From positions 123,876,001 to 123,940,000 of the forward strand of contig NC_042997.1 in assembly GCF_006345805.1 (NCBI RefSeq): DNA of 64,000 nucleotides. Direction: 5' to 3'. Below are positions 51,400 to 63,505 of the stretch, piece by piece. The translations under genes and the position numbers were made by a program. Position 1 is the first letter of the stretch; every line of letters begins with the position of its first letter. This DNA is from Octopus sinensis. Its lineage: Eukaryota. The notes under the pieces are model-generated. The model was not told the DNA's origin, made no database searches, and saw nothing but the letters and a program-made list of their open reading frames with translations.

Positions 51400-54170
51400 T
51401 TTTGGAAATGTAGGCTGTTGTTAACATACTCCTTTATTAGAGATTCTGGCTTCTTGTTTCTAGTGGGATTTTTTTTATTGCTTCTCCACTTGTGTAGATT
51501 ATATGCAATATGGGAGACATTATTCTGTTGAGTGCCGAATGCTTTGTATGGCCTGTGATCTTGCTGTTACGTGCTTTGTTACTAGAAGGTCATTATCTAG
51601 AATATGTGATATTTGGATATTTTATCCTTAATGCTAATGTATAAAATGTAAATTGTATAATTTGTTGATGTTATAGCATCGAGTATTGGTTAAATAAATT
51701 TGAATTCTTTTTCGTTAAGCTGTGTCGAATATACTGAGAGTATAGCGGTTGAGTTGTAACATTGAATCCATTGTGTCTTGACTAGGATGCTAACATTTTT
51801 ATAACAGCGAAACAGCAATTCCTTAAGCAGGATATAATGGTATAAACATTGGTACTACTTATATGTTGTTCATATTATCATTATACTTAATCCTACTATC
51901 ATCATTGGTGGTACTATTTACACTTCCATGTCCCACTTCTTGTTTATTTCAATTTTTAGGGTTTTTGTATTTTGAGAGTATTTTTCTTTTCTTCCTATTG
52001 GACAAAGTTTTTTGCCGGAATGGCGTACAGGAGTTTCCTTGCAGTCTTTAAATATTATATGAAGACGGTTTCCTTAAAATTTTTGTCACTTTAGAAAAGT
52101 ATGCTTGAGATTATTGTGTCCCAATCATAGCCAAACTCTAAGTTTAGCACATATGAATGTCACTGCTTGACTAGTTTCGAGTTGAAAGATTCGTATGTTA
52201 TCTAGTGGACAAATGGGCTGATACTATAGAATTAATGGATATATTCAGGTATGGCAAAGACTGAACAACCTAAAAGTATATGGTTTACTGTGTTAGTGTA
52301 TTGGTTGCATAGTTTCCACTTGATGCTAGCATTTTCTTTGACAGATTTGCTTCTCTACTTATGTGGCGTTCGGTATTATTCATCTAGAATCGAACTTTCG
52401 GTTTCTTCTTCTCGACCATTTTAAACCACTGTTGGGTTTCTGTCAGTTTTACAAAATACTGACACACATTTGTTTCTTCCAGTTCTTTTGTTAAAATGTT
52501 TAGGAAATTCATTTGGATTTTAACTTTACTTTTCTTTACATACATTTTCAATGGTTTTGTTCAAACTTGGTTTTTGTTTTATTTCTGTGCATTCAGTTAC
52601 CCACTTGATAATTATCATTTCATTATATATAGAGGGAGAAATATATTTGCTTTTTCCATATTATTGCACTCATTACTTCTTACTGATTGCTTACAAGTAC
52701 TTGCAAACTTTGCAATAGTTAAGTTGTTAATATTCAGGTGTGTATGAGATGCCACTCTGCTTGTATGTAGGTTTTATGTATATCTATTTCTGAGTGCTTA
52801 GCTGTGGTGGCTGAGTTTCATGAATTTTTTTTTTTGAGTGGGTGTATCGGATTTTGTTTGGCCTTACAGCATTTCTAAAGATTTTAGATTTGCATATTGA
52901 TTTTTGTGGCATCAAATAGATGAAAGGGGTAAAAGATCTGGGCCTAAGCGGATGTATTTATTATCTTCAATTTTTTTCAGTTTTCTTCCTTGCTTGTTTG
53001 TGCTGCTTTCCTTGGTTGGTTTTTCAATAACTCTCCACATAGAGTGTGTTTTCTGTATTGCAGCGGCAGTGGTTGGCTCATTCTCTCAGCTTGGCCTTGT
53101 AACTTGATTTCTCTTGTTGCCATTGTTCTTGATAATGCTAATTACTCTAAATACAGTTTAACAAATAAATTGGTGGTATATATGTTTGATGTAAATATTT
53201 ACACTAATTAATCTAAAAAGTATTTTACTCATAGAATTCTGGTATGTGTCTGATACAAATATTTACAAGTTTTCGTTCCCATCGTAAATGTTATTTGTTC
53301 TTTTTGTTTACGTAATTTTCTTATTTTGTTGCTTAATAATAAATTTTATTTCCGCTGCGTGTCATTTCGGTGTATGTGGCCGGCGGTTCGCAATTTGTGG
53401 TGCTTAAACTGGATTTTATTTATAGGTTAATTTGCGCTATATATGTACATTTTTTCTGCATCTAGAATTATTTTGCTGAAGTTAAATATTGAAATCTCTA
53501 TATTTCTTATGGTAGTAATGTTAGTTTCGGAAAAGATTCGTTCAGTTTTTTGGTGAGTTGGTTGGCTCCTTATATTTAGCATTTTCATTTTTGTAATAAC
53601 TATATTTATCTTCTCCACTAACGTATCAATGTGTTGTAAACAGCACTGATATGCAGTCCAAGGGAAATTAGAGTATTAATGTAAGCATCAAATAGATGAA
53701 TGTTGCTCAATGTTATGACTGGGTAAGAGATATTATTTTCTAAACTAGACACAAGGCCCGAAATTGTGTGAAATGGGACCAGTCGATTAGATCGACCCCA
53801 GTACGCAGCTGGTTCTTAATTTATCGACTCCGAAAGAATGAAAGGCAAAATCGACCTCGGTGGAATTTGAACTCAAAATGTAACGGCAGACGAAATACCT
53901 CTAAACATTTCGACCGGCTTACTAACGAGTCTGCCACATCGCTGCCCTTGGGTAAGATATTATTGTAACTAGTTTGGTGAGGAATGTGGAGTTGCGTAGC
54001 GTGTTTGGTATGTTCAATGATTTAGTTTTGGTATTACCTATACTGTGGTGTATAATTAGAAATCTGATTTTCGAGTGGCTTGTAACAGTCTGAGTGTTGT
54101 AGTTGAAATCGTTGTTTTCAACCTGGTGTGACATAGAGTTAGATCGAGCGTTGTATATTTTTGCATAGAT
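51400..54170 (-). mobile_element. Old, decayed APE-RT LINE (Jockey/I group), interrupted by a SINE
   Basis: Degenerate motifs in the expected order on the minus strand: TLDLTLC..SDF (APE end), GPD, YQPICPLDN, EFG, IIFKDCKETPVRHSG.KL (~FLD..KAFD.V.H), KY...LDNDL..KHV; A/C-rich sense strand. Confidence 0.5.
53749..53945 (-). mobile_element. tRNA-headed SINE with Meta/MESC-like central domain
   Basis: Minus strand GGCAGCGATGTGGCAGACTCGTTAG...GAGTTCAAATTCCACCGAGGTCGATTTTGCCTTTCATTCTTTCGGAGTCGATAAATTAAG...CTGGGGTCGATCTAATCGACT. Confidence 0.75.
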
Positions 54171-54268
54171 ATGTGTGTGCTTTTCTGCGATATTTCTAAT
54201 TAGGAAAATGTATGAATTTTCTAATTTCAGTCTCCAAAGGTACTTAATATTTTATTTATGTATATATG

Positions 54269-54348
<80 letters not shown>

Positions 54349-54526
54349 ATATATATATACATATACATATATATCAAATATATATCTAATGTGTGTGTGT
54401 GTGTGTATATACATGCATGCGTGTGTGTTGTATTTCGGAATGGTCAGTTTATTCATTTGCTTTTTGGGGCCAAATAAAGACGCACTATATATATATATAT
54501 ATATATAATATATATATATATGCGTG

Positions 54527-54585
54527 TCAAGGGACATTCCCAAGTAAAAGATTCGTAGAATCTTTTACTTGGAAATGTCCCTTGA
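54527..54585. repeat. Hairpin with 28-bp arms (1 mismatch) and a 3-nt loop
   Basis: TCAAGGGACATTCCCAAGTAAAAGATTC-GTA-GAATCTTTTACTTGGAAATGTCCCTTGA. Confidence 0.9.
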
Positions 54586-55287
54586 AGTTTTTTTAAGATG
54601 AATACGGCCAAAGAAAAGGAATTATAATCAGCTCGTTGAAAACTTGCTGAATAATAAGAAACACTATGGTGGTAAGTAGCAAGGTTCCCCAAAACTTCTT
54701 ATTCCAAATGTTTCGGTCGTTTCAACTCAGAATATTAAATTATTACTGATAGATTACTGCTTTGTATTTTATAGAGCATGGAAAATGTTCAAATGTGAAA
54801 CATATTGGAAATTGAACTTTAACACTAAATTTTGGTAACTGCAATTTCATTTAAAATTAGTTATTTCATTTTCAATATTAGCACTAACATACCCTGAGAC
54901 AATATATACTTCTTACCTGATATGCTTAAAATATTATCAATTATGAAGTATTAAATATCCGTAAACAATTTGATTTCGGTATCAATCTCTGCATCACAAT
55001 AATCTTGAATAATTTTACGATTGTTCTGATAATTCAGTAAGTATAATTTAATTAACACTGATGAATTTTCGATGTGTGCACCTGAGCAATATCTCAGAAT
55101 TATATTATTAAAAACACTAAAGGCATTTTTATAATATCTAATTTAACTTCAATCGAAGTAATTCAAAGTATATTGTATTAATGGTAAGAGCCTATATCAA
55201 GAGATATTCTTTTGCGTTTAGTGTCATGAATAAGGAAAACTTTTGTTTATATTTACTGTCACGGGAGATATTCAGTGGTTTTTCATA

Positions 55288-55343
<56 letters not shown>

Positions 55344-55349
55344 ATATAG

Positions 55350-55404
<55 letters not shown>

Positions 55405-55410
55405 AACATA

Positions 55411-55470
<60 letters not shown>

Positions 55471-55478
55471 TAGATAGG

Positions 55479-55560
<82 letters not shown>

Positions 55561-55649
55561 TTAAAAAATTAAATGGATGACAGAAAATAATTCCTCATAG
55601 TCGAAAAAAGAACTAACATATGTTTTAAGTTGCAATATTAACGATAAGA

Positions 55650-56050
55650 GCAGTCAGCTGGCGGAATGGTTAGCATGCCGGGCAAAATGCTTAGCGGAAT
55701 TTTGTCCATTTTTACGTCCCGAGTTCAAATTCTGCCGCGGTCGACTTTGTTTTTCATTCCTTCGGGATCGGCTACATAAGCACCAGTTGATTTACACCTC
55801 AACGAAATTGTGACAAAATTTGAAACCAATATTAAATTAAAGGCAGTGAGTAGGCAGAATCGATAGATTGTCAGGCAATATACTTAACGGCATTTTCCCG
55901 TATATTTATGTTCTTAGTTCAACTACCATGGATGTTAACTTCCATGTTTATGCTGTCAGTATTTATCACATGAAGTACGTCAAGTACTTTGGCTAATGTA
56001 ATCAAATAAGCCCCTCCCCTAAAATTTCTGGCCTTGTGCCAAAATTTTGA
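55650..56050 (+). mobile_element. Two tandem Meta/MESC-like SINE copies (second very decayed)
   Basis: GAGTTCAAATTCTGCCGCGGTCGACTTTG..TTTCATTCCTTCGGGATCG at ~55720-55770; second head GGCAGTGAGTAGGCAGAATCG at ~55841, ending GGCCTTGTGCCAAAATTTTGAAC. Confidence 0.65.
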
Positions 56051-57202
56051 ACAACTATTAAGATTAATTACACTGACATCGTATTTACGTAAAATAATAA
56101 TATTTTTAAGAAAATCGTGTACGGTTTATTATTATTTTATTTATTTATTATTTTTTTTTATATGTTGAGAGTTTGCGGTTAACAGCATTTTGATCGAAAT
56201 GTTCTTTGAATATCGCTACAACATTGATCCAAATTGCTTTCCATAATCTTATCCAATGGAGCATATCCTTTTCTTTATAGTTATCACCACAAGATGAAAG
56301 TATGCTGCTTGCTCACAGTGATCCAGCGAATCGTCTAACAACGGAACTCCCCATCAATATCAACAGGCTTCATTTAGTTTATTAATGACATTTTAATATT
56401 GCAAGCACACATTTTATCACATTTTACTACCCCTTAATCCTTCAGTAATTTTCACACGCATGCATCATCCATACTTCCACATAATCCATTTATATGAAAA
56501 ATGGCATCTTGTATAACAACGAACAATATAGAATCATATCTTCAGCCAACTGCAAGAGGACATAATCAGTTCAGATATCAAGGAAACGCACAGTGTTACT
56601 TCATAAGAAATCTAACTCGAAAAGGAAATTTTCATCGACTCTCAAACAGAAAAATATAGTTTCTTCATAGAATTTTTTTCTTTTTCATCTCAGTCAGTTA
56701 GTAAGAGCAACACCCATGACCTTTTACTGGGCCTTCAAAATTGACAGGAAAAAAAAACACTCGAAGATATCCTCAAACTGAAGGCATATTCCAAATGCAT
56801 GGAGCAGTTGATTTTATTAAAGTCATCCATGCGCCTGGTAGTGGTGTTAAACATGGGTACGGATTAGGTCCACCAAACCAGTACATAATGTAAAGCATCC
56901 GACCCGACGTCCTAAGAACTTAGGAGAAAAAGTAGCTTCTTCTGTCTTAGCCCTTCCAAATCAGAACTCTACTAGAGGCGGTAGTAGAGCTATAATCGTT
57001 GTGCTTCTAGCGTTGGCATCTCTAAGCTGTTTCCTGTATTAATCCTACACACCTTACATTTCCAGAGATTTCAGCATTGCGTGAAATGATTTTCGTAGTC
57101 AAAGGAAGCGATATGCTTGCGAGTATGTGTGTATGTGTGTGTGTATGTGCATTATGTGGATGTACGTGTGCGCGTGAGTGTTTGTGAATGCTTCCTCTTT
57201 CA

Positions 57203-57590
57203 TCTTACTTGTTTCAGTCACTAGTCTGCGACCACCCTGGAGTACCGGCTAGAGGAATTTTTAGTCGGAACAGTCGACCACATCACTTATTTTATTTTAA
57301 GCCAGGTACTTATTCTCACGGTCTTCTTTTAATGAACTGCTCAGTTACAGGTACGTAAATACGCCAACACCATTTGTCAAGCAGTGATGGAAAATAATCA
57401 CAGGTACAAAGACGCACACAACACAGAGGTACGAACACATACATACAAAGGGCTTTTTTCAGTTTCTGTCTACCGAACCCAGTAACAAAGCTTTGGTAGG
57501 CCCGAGAAAACTAAAAGGCATTTGCTCAAGTTGAAACTGGGACTATGACTTTGTGAAGCAAATTTCTTACCTCACAAGAATTCCTGCGCC
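57203..57590 (-). mobile_element. Full-length decayed CORE-like SINE
   Basis: Head GGGCGCAGGA...GTAAGAAATTTGCTTC, body CTCGGGCCTACCAAAGCTTTG...GAAACTGAAAAAAGCCC, tail ...GACTGAAACAAGTAAGA. Confidence 0.7.
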
Positions 57591-58183
57591 CATGTGGACG
57601 TATATTTCTTTGTGTCAACTTCTATATATCCCTACTTATATAAACAGAATTATACATATATACTTGTATGTATATGTTATGAAATTGATACTTTTATAGA
57701 TACGACTCAAGAAATCTCGACGCAAATATTAATATATATAAATATAAACGTATAAAATACCAAATATACAGTTCTTGTAGAAATGATTGTATTCCACAAA
57801 TAACATGCAAATATATGTAAACGAAAACATACAAGTTAAAACGAGAGATACCATAATCGAATCCTATTAAATGAAACTAAGAAACCTCAGTACTTTGAAA
57901 TACTTTCTATGAATACAGGATTAAAATTCATTACATGTATGGAAGTCGAAAAAATAATTATCAAGTTGTGCTACTGTCAGCGATGTTTATAGTGAATGTT
58001 TGACATTTTCACCTCCCAAACGTAAAATATTTGGCACCATTTCAAACATTAAGCATAAAAATATAAGCCTCGTAGCAATAACTTCTCTCTTGCTTACTTG
58101 ATGGATATTAATTTACGATAGGATGACTCGGGGAAAGTCAGTACCAATAATGATATTATTCAAAAATATGCATGAGTGTGTGT

Positions 58184-58232
<49 letters not shown>

Positions 58233-59031
58233 ATTATTTATATACATATATATGTATATATACACACGTACGTACATATATATATACATACATGTGTGTA
58301 TATATGCATATCTATATATATATATATATATGTGTGTGTATAAATATATATATATATATATATTTAAACATCAGTATATAAATATATATATATATATATA
58401 TTTAAACATCAGTATGCAGGGTAACTTCGAAGCATTGGCCATGTAAACAATCATAGGACAGTTCGTTGATGGTTTAGATATTCGAAACTTCGAAGTCACT
58501 GTCAATAGTGTTGTAGTCAATCCTTTGTACTCTACCAAATATATTGATTATTATCATAACATAAAAAGAAACATCAATATATGTATATGTATGTATGTAT
58601 GCATGTATGTATGTATGTATGTATCTATCTATCTATCTGTCTATCTATCTATCTATCTTTCTATCTATGAACGTATGTATGCGTGTATTTATCTATCTAT
58701 CTTTCTCTCTGTCTCTCTCATTATATTATTCTAAACCTTATTTCAGTTATTTGTCTGCCGCTCTACTGGAGCACTGCCTTTAGTCTAAGATATCCCCCCA
58801 GCACTTATTCTTTGTAAGTCAATGCATATTCTATTGGCTATTCCTATTTGCCGAACTGCCAAGTTTCGGGGACGTTCACACAGCAACATCAGTTGTCAAT
58901 TGACGATGGAGGACAACACAGATACTTAAATATATGTATGTATGTATGTATGTAATTTTTTTAATTAGTATATTAGTAATTAGTAAAAAAAAATTTTTTT
59001 TTAAATTAACCTTAAAATAGAAACAGACATT

Positions 59032-59937
59032 TTGTACCTTCTTTTTAATTCATGCCACCCAAGACACACTAAAACAAACATCCCCTTCAACCTTGCAAGA
59101 AGGATATGCACAATAATGTCAGAACAAAATACCAGGAACTTTAGACTGCAAGAACTCAAAAACACCCTAATTGACAGACATTACCCAGCTCAACTCATAG
59201 AGGATGGGATCAGACGTGCAACAGAAATCAACATAGAAACTTTAAGAAAAGTTCAACACAACAACACACCTTCCCCGAAAATATTACCTTACATATCCAC
59301 ATACAACCCCAGAAACAAAGAAGCCTTCACCACCATCACCCAGAATTTACCAATACTTCATAAGGACCCCAAATTAAATGAAATTCTAAACATACACCAA
59401 ATCATTAAAAGCTACAAACAACCTAAATCACTTAAAATGATTCTCACAAAGGCAAAATTGTTTTCTGAAATTACGGATGCAAAAGTAAAAAAATGTGGTA
59501 GACCGAACTGTGCAACATGTCCAAACCTGCTAGAAGGATCAGAATTCCTCTTCAAAGAGGGACAGAAATTCAAGATAAAATCTAATTTTACTTGTGCCTC
59601 TGAAAACATAATTTATGTCATAAAATGCTCGGGCTGCCACGAAGACTACGTGGGATCCACGGGACTATCACTCAGACGTAGATGCACACTGCATCGACAA
59701 CAGATTGCATTCCCAGAATACAGAATGATACATTTTAGTGAGGACATTGAGAAATGCGCAAAGCAACTACTACCACAGTTTTTAATCTTTCAATTTTACC
59801 AATGTGCTATCGGAACACCAACACATATTAGACTAAACAAGGAAACATTCTTCATTGAAAAGTACAAGCCCAGACTTAATCATTCCAACATACTTATACA
59901 GAGAAATTCAAGCCAAAGGAAAGGCAAAAAATTTTAA
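59032..59937 (+). CDS. PLE polyprotein C-terminal part: RT thumb, Cys linker, GIY-YIG endonuclease (301 aa)
   Basis: SCHPRHTKTNIPFNLARRI; CGRPNCATC linker; FTCASENIIYVIKC..C.EDYVGSTG..LRRR...H; RLNKETFFI....PRLN. Confidence 0.9.
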   Translation: MYLLFNSCHPRHTKTNIPFNLARRICTIMSEQNTRNFRLQELKNTLIDRHYPAQLIEDGIRRATEINIETLRKVQHNNTPSPKILPYISTYNPRNKEAFTTITQNLPILHKDPKLNEILNIHQIIKSYKQPKSLKMILTKAKLFSEITDAKVKKCGRPNCATCPNLLEGSEFLFKEGQKFKIKSNFTCASENIIYVIKCSGCHEDYVGSTGLSLRRRCTLHRQQIAFPEYRMIHFSEDIEKCAKQLLPQFLIFQFYQCAIGTPTHIRLNKETFFIEKYKPRLNHSNILIQRNSSQRKGKKF

Positions 59938-60046
59938 GCGATCATCTCCCTTACACCGGAAGAAATCACTTATTACCTCCCCTTATCTAGAACTCTTCTC
60001 AACATAAACATAACGATAACTCTTCTCAATATAAACATAACGATGT

Positions 60047-60086
60047 AAGAAATTTGAAAAGCTGAACGTGAAACCGGTCATTTCTT
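60047..60086 (+). ncRNA. Minimal type I hammerhead motif with U3:A8 core
   Basis: AAGAAAT-TTGAAAA-GC.TGAAC.GT-GAAA-CCGG-TC-ATTTCTT: 7-bp stem I, palindromic ACCGGT stem III, rudimentary stem II. Confidence 0.55.
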
Positions 60087-60247
60087 CTAAACTATGTCAT
60101 TGTAAGAAAAAAAATTTATAATATTCTTCGGACATATTGACTCAAATATATATTTTTTAACCTTTAAAAAAAAGCCTTCTGTAGTTTTTTCACTTTTTAC
60201 TATTTCCTATATATTCAACCACGTGCTTTTACAAACCAACTTTCTCA

Positions 60248-60272
<25 letters not shown>

Positions 60273-60278
<6 letters not shown>

Positions 60279-60343
60279 TGTGAAACAAGGTAGAAAAAAG
60301 AGTACTCAAATACCATTGGTAGAGTAATATGCCTTAAATAAAG
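60273..60343. mobile_element. Minimal copy of the 26784-family tail
   Basis: CATAAATGTGAAACAAGGTAGAAAAAAGAGTACTCAAATACCATTGGTAGAGTAATATGC-CTTAAATAAAG. Confidence 0.7.
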
Positions 60344-60544
60344 TATATATATATATATATATATTTAAATAAGTGAATGAATTATCCTATGTTTATCGTC
60401 AGCATGGAAAATTCGTTGAACCGAAACCAGGGTAGCAAATTTACGTCAGAAACACGTTTGAAACTCCGGGTTCATGTGCAGAAATTTGCGTGTTGTATAT
60501 GAATAAATGAAAGAATGGAGTCGAACGAAGATGTTAACAAAATT

Positions 60545-60638
60545 CCTTTACTCTCGACATATGTTTCGAAGACAACATGGTTTCATTCCAAAGGAATAAA
60601 GGGTGCATTATTCAATCTTCTCATCAGGAAAGAAAGGG
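60545..60638 (-). ncRNA. Type I hammerhead ribozyme motif with long loop II
   Basis: CCCTTTCTTTC-CTGATGA-GAAGA[43 nt]TCTTC-GAAA-CATATG-TC-GAGAGTAAAGG: canonical core, palindromic ACATATGT stem III. Predicted cleavage between 60556 and 60555. Confidence 0.8.
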
Positions 60639-60919
60639 AGCCTCTCTCGACAACAAGACAAACAAAAATTTCGATGACTGCCTACATGGTAAACAAAACG
60701 ATAATGAGTGTTTTTAAAAAACCGTTAGAAGAATTGACGTCAAAGATAGATAGTAGGAAGAGAAGGGTTAAAGGAATAATAGGTAGGGAACAAGTGGAGA
60801 GGGAAGGGTACGTTGATTGAAAGAATGTTCGAAGGCTTAGGAAAGAATTTCGCTATTGAAGTGGAGTGCACGTTAAGCTAATTGTTCAAGCCACAGTGAC
60901 TATCGTAATCATTTATATG

Positions 60920-61262
60920 AGTGAAAAGTATGCTTCTGCCCGTGTTTACATTTGTATGATTTTTTCTATGAGTGTGTTTACAAGGGGAACCTTAGAGAAG
61001 AGAATATGGAAGAGTTCAGAGTTGCAAATGTTACAAAATCTCCTGCCCTTATCAAAAGGAAAGGATACAGACAGTATGAACCAATCTAACTTGAAATTTA
61101 TATTGTTGTCTTTAAGACGCCAAACTAATTTACTTAGCCCTGTACTATGTCGTTTTTTACTATCCCTAAATGTTGAATAATGGTTTGAAACTTGGAAGTG
61201 GACGCTCCTATATAGAAGAAGACATCGGTACCGGAAGAAATTCTACACTGGTAAATAGAATT
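60920..61262 (-). pseudogene. Frameshifted GIY-YIG endonuclease of a PLE
   Basis: NSIYQCRI...FFYIGASTSKF; STFRDSKKRHSTGLSKLVWRLKD...LDWFIL; RRFCNICNSE...LVN...CKH. Confidence 0.75.
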
Positions 61263-61796
61263 CTTAATCTTAGAATTACTAGACAAAAATTTAATTATGT
61301 TGGGGTTGTCCTCCGAAATCGAAACGAAGTTTTATTGTTATGATTGTTGTTACTATTATTATTAGCGCCAATAGCTACACTATTCCTATTATTATTAGTA
61401 TTATTAATGGCAATGCAACCAGTAATACCACCAACAATAATACCGTTATTGTTATTACCATCAACATTACCATTGTTATTAACACGACTAATACTATTAT
61501 TAATATTATCATTGTTAACACTATCGCTGCTACCAATGCTATTACTATTAATACTATTCCTATTATTATGATTGTATGATGGGTTGGACTTAGCAAGATT
61601 AGCGTTGGAACTCCCAGGTGAAGAAACTTTGTTTAGCAGCTTGGTATTGTGAGAAGATATAATTTGCGAAAGACTTCTAGTGTTAGAGAAAGCGATTCTA
61701 ACTATGTGGGAATTGATAATAGAATGATATCGAAATATATGTCGAGAGGAAAGGAATTTTGTTAACATCTTCGTTCGACTCCATTCTTTCATTTAT

Positions 61797-62133
<337 letters not shown>

Positions 62134-62313
62134 ATTAGGGCTTAGTAAAATAAATTACTTTGCCACATACTGAACTTAGTAGAAATAGCAGCCAAAAAAA
62201 TTTTCTTAGCATTTCTACTACTTAAAGAAAATTTCTCTCAGATAATGTTTACTCCAGACAACTCACGAAGGTTTGGAGGTAAATACAGAAAAATATCACA
62301 AGTACATAGATCG

Positions 62314-62376
62314 TTTGAGTACGTCAACGTTTCAAGATTAGCCAAATAAAATCAGCATTTCTTTCGTCAGCTCAAA
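62314..62376 (-). ncRNA. Type I hammerhead ribozyme motif, array unit 1
   Basis: TTTGAG-CTGACGA-AAGA[22 nt]TCTT-GAAA-CG.TTGA.CG-TA-CTCAAA: stem I 6 bp, canonical core, stem II 4 bp, stem III 3 bp with tetraloop. Predicted cleavage between 62320 and 62319. Confidence 0.85.
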
Positions 62377-62878
62377 ATTTCTTAATTTGGATTTGGAAAC
62401 ACTAAAAAGAAGGAACTTTACCTATCAGCGAACTTGTCGCTTCAGATGAACCACTCCAACTAAACAGTGTCAACAAATTCAAAATGCGCAGGCGTAAATC
62501 TCTGCACTCCCCATTCCACCCACGTGGTCTATCTAGCAAACACTATATTTTAACCGCGAGAACCGAGGCAGTATGACCGAGAGAAATGAATTATAATATC
62601 AACAATTGAGGGTAAAATTAATTAATTAATCAATTTCACCAAGTGTTCAGTATGTAAAAGGACCATTTAAGGCGAATTCAAAATATTACATTATATAATT
62701 AGGGCTTAGTAAAATAAATTACTTTGCCACATACTGAACTTAGTAGAAATAGCAGCCGAAAAAAATTTTCTTAGCATTTCTGCTACTTAAAGAAAATTTC
62801 TCTCAGATAATGTTTACTCCAGACAGCTCACGAAGGTTTGGAGGTAAATACAGAAAAATATCACAAGTACATAGATCG

Positions 62879-62941
62879 TTTGAGTACGTCAACGTTTCAA
62901 GATTAGCCAAATGAAATCAGCATTTCTTTCGTCAGCTCAAA
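62879..62941 (-). ncRNA. Type I hammerhead ribozyme motif, array unit 2
   Basis: Same core and stems as unit 1; one substitution in loop II. Confidence 0.85.
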
Positions 62942-63442
62942 ATTTCTTAATTTGGATTTGGAAACACTAAAAAGAAGGAACTTTACCTATCAGCGAACTT
63001 GTCGCTTCAGATGAACCACTCCAACTAAACAGTGTCAACAAATTCAAAATGCGCAGGCGTAAATCTCTGCACTCCCCATTCCACCCACGTGGTCTATCTA
63101 GCAAACACTATATTTTAACCACGAGAACCGCGGCAGTATGACCGAGAGAAATGAATTATAATATCAACAATTGAGGGTAAAATTAATTAATTAATCAATT
63201 TCACCAAGTGTTCAGTATGTAAAAGGACCATTTAAGGCGAATTCAAAATATTACATTATATAATTAGGGCTTAGTAAAATAAATTACTTTGCCACATACT
63301 GAACTTAGTAGAAATAGCAGCCAAAAAAATTTTCTTAGCATTTCTACTACTTAAAGAAAATTTCTCTCAGATAATGTTTACTCCAGACAACTCACGAAGG
63401 TTTGGAGGTAAATACAGAAAAATATCACAAGTACATAGATCG

Positions 63443-63505
63443 TTTGAGTACGTCAACGTTTCAAGATTGGCCAAATATAATCAGCATTTCTTTCGTCAGC
63501 TCAAA
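63443..63505 (-). ncRNA. Type I hammerhead ribozyme motif, array unit 3
   Basis: Same core and stems as unit 1; substitutions only in loop II. Confidence 0.85.

Larger units (their letters stand above)
59000..60230 (+). mobile_element. 5'-truncated Penelope-like element (RT thumb, GIY-YIG endonuclease, 3' region with HHR)
   Basis: ORF below, a 30-bp duplication CTCTTCTCAA(C/T)ATAAACATAACGAT at ~59993-60044, then an HHR. Confidence 0.88.
60370..61796 (-). mobile_element. 5'-truncated Penelope-like element (second clade) with a 67-bp inverted 5' repeat
   Basis: Inverted repeat 60503-60569 / 61730-61796 (2 mismatches); thumb-like [27 protein letters not shown]; GIY-YIG remnant; HHR in the 3' repeat. 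Confidence 0.8.

Noticed and set aside
61340-61596. Three hydrophobic ORFs (I/L/V-rich)
   Set aside because: Alternative frames of the AAT-rich PLE linker, not membrane proteins.
62135-62140. TTAGGG in each 564-bp unit as a telomeric signal
   Set aside because: Only one hexamer per unit, with no telomeric tract.
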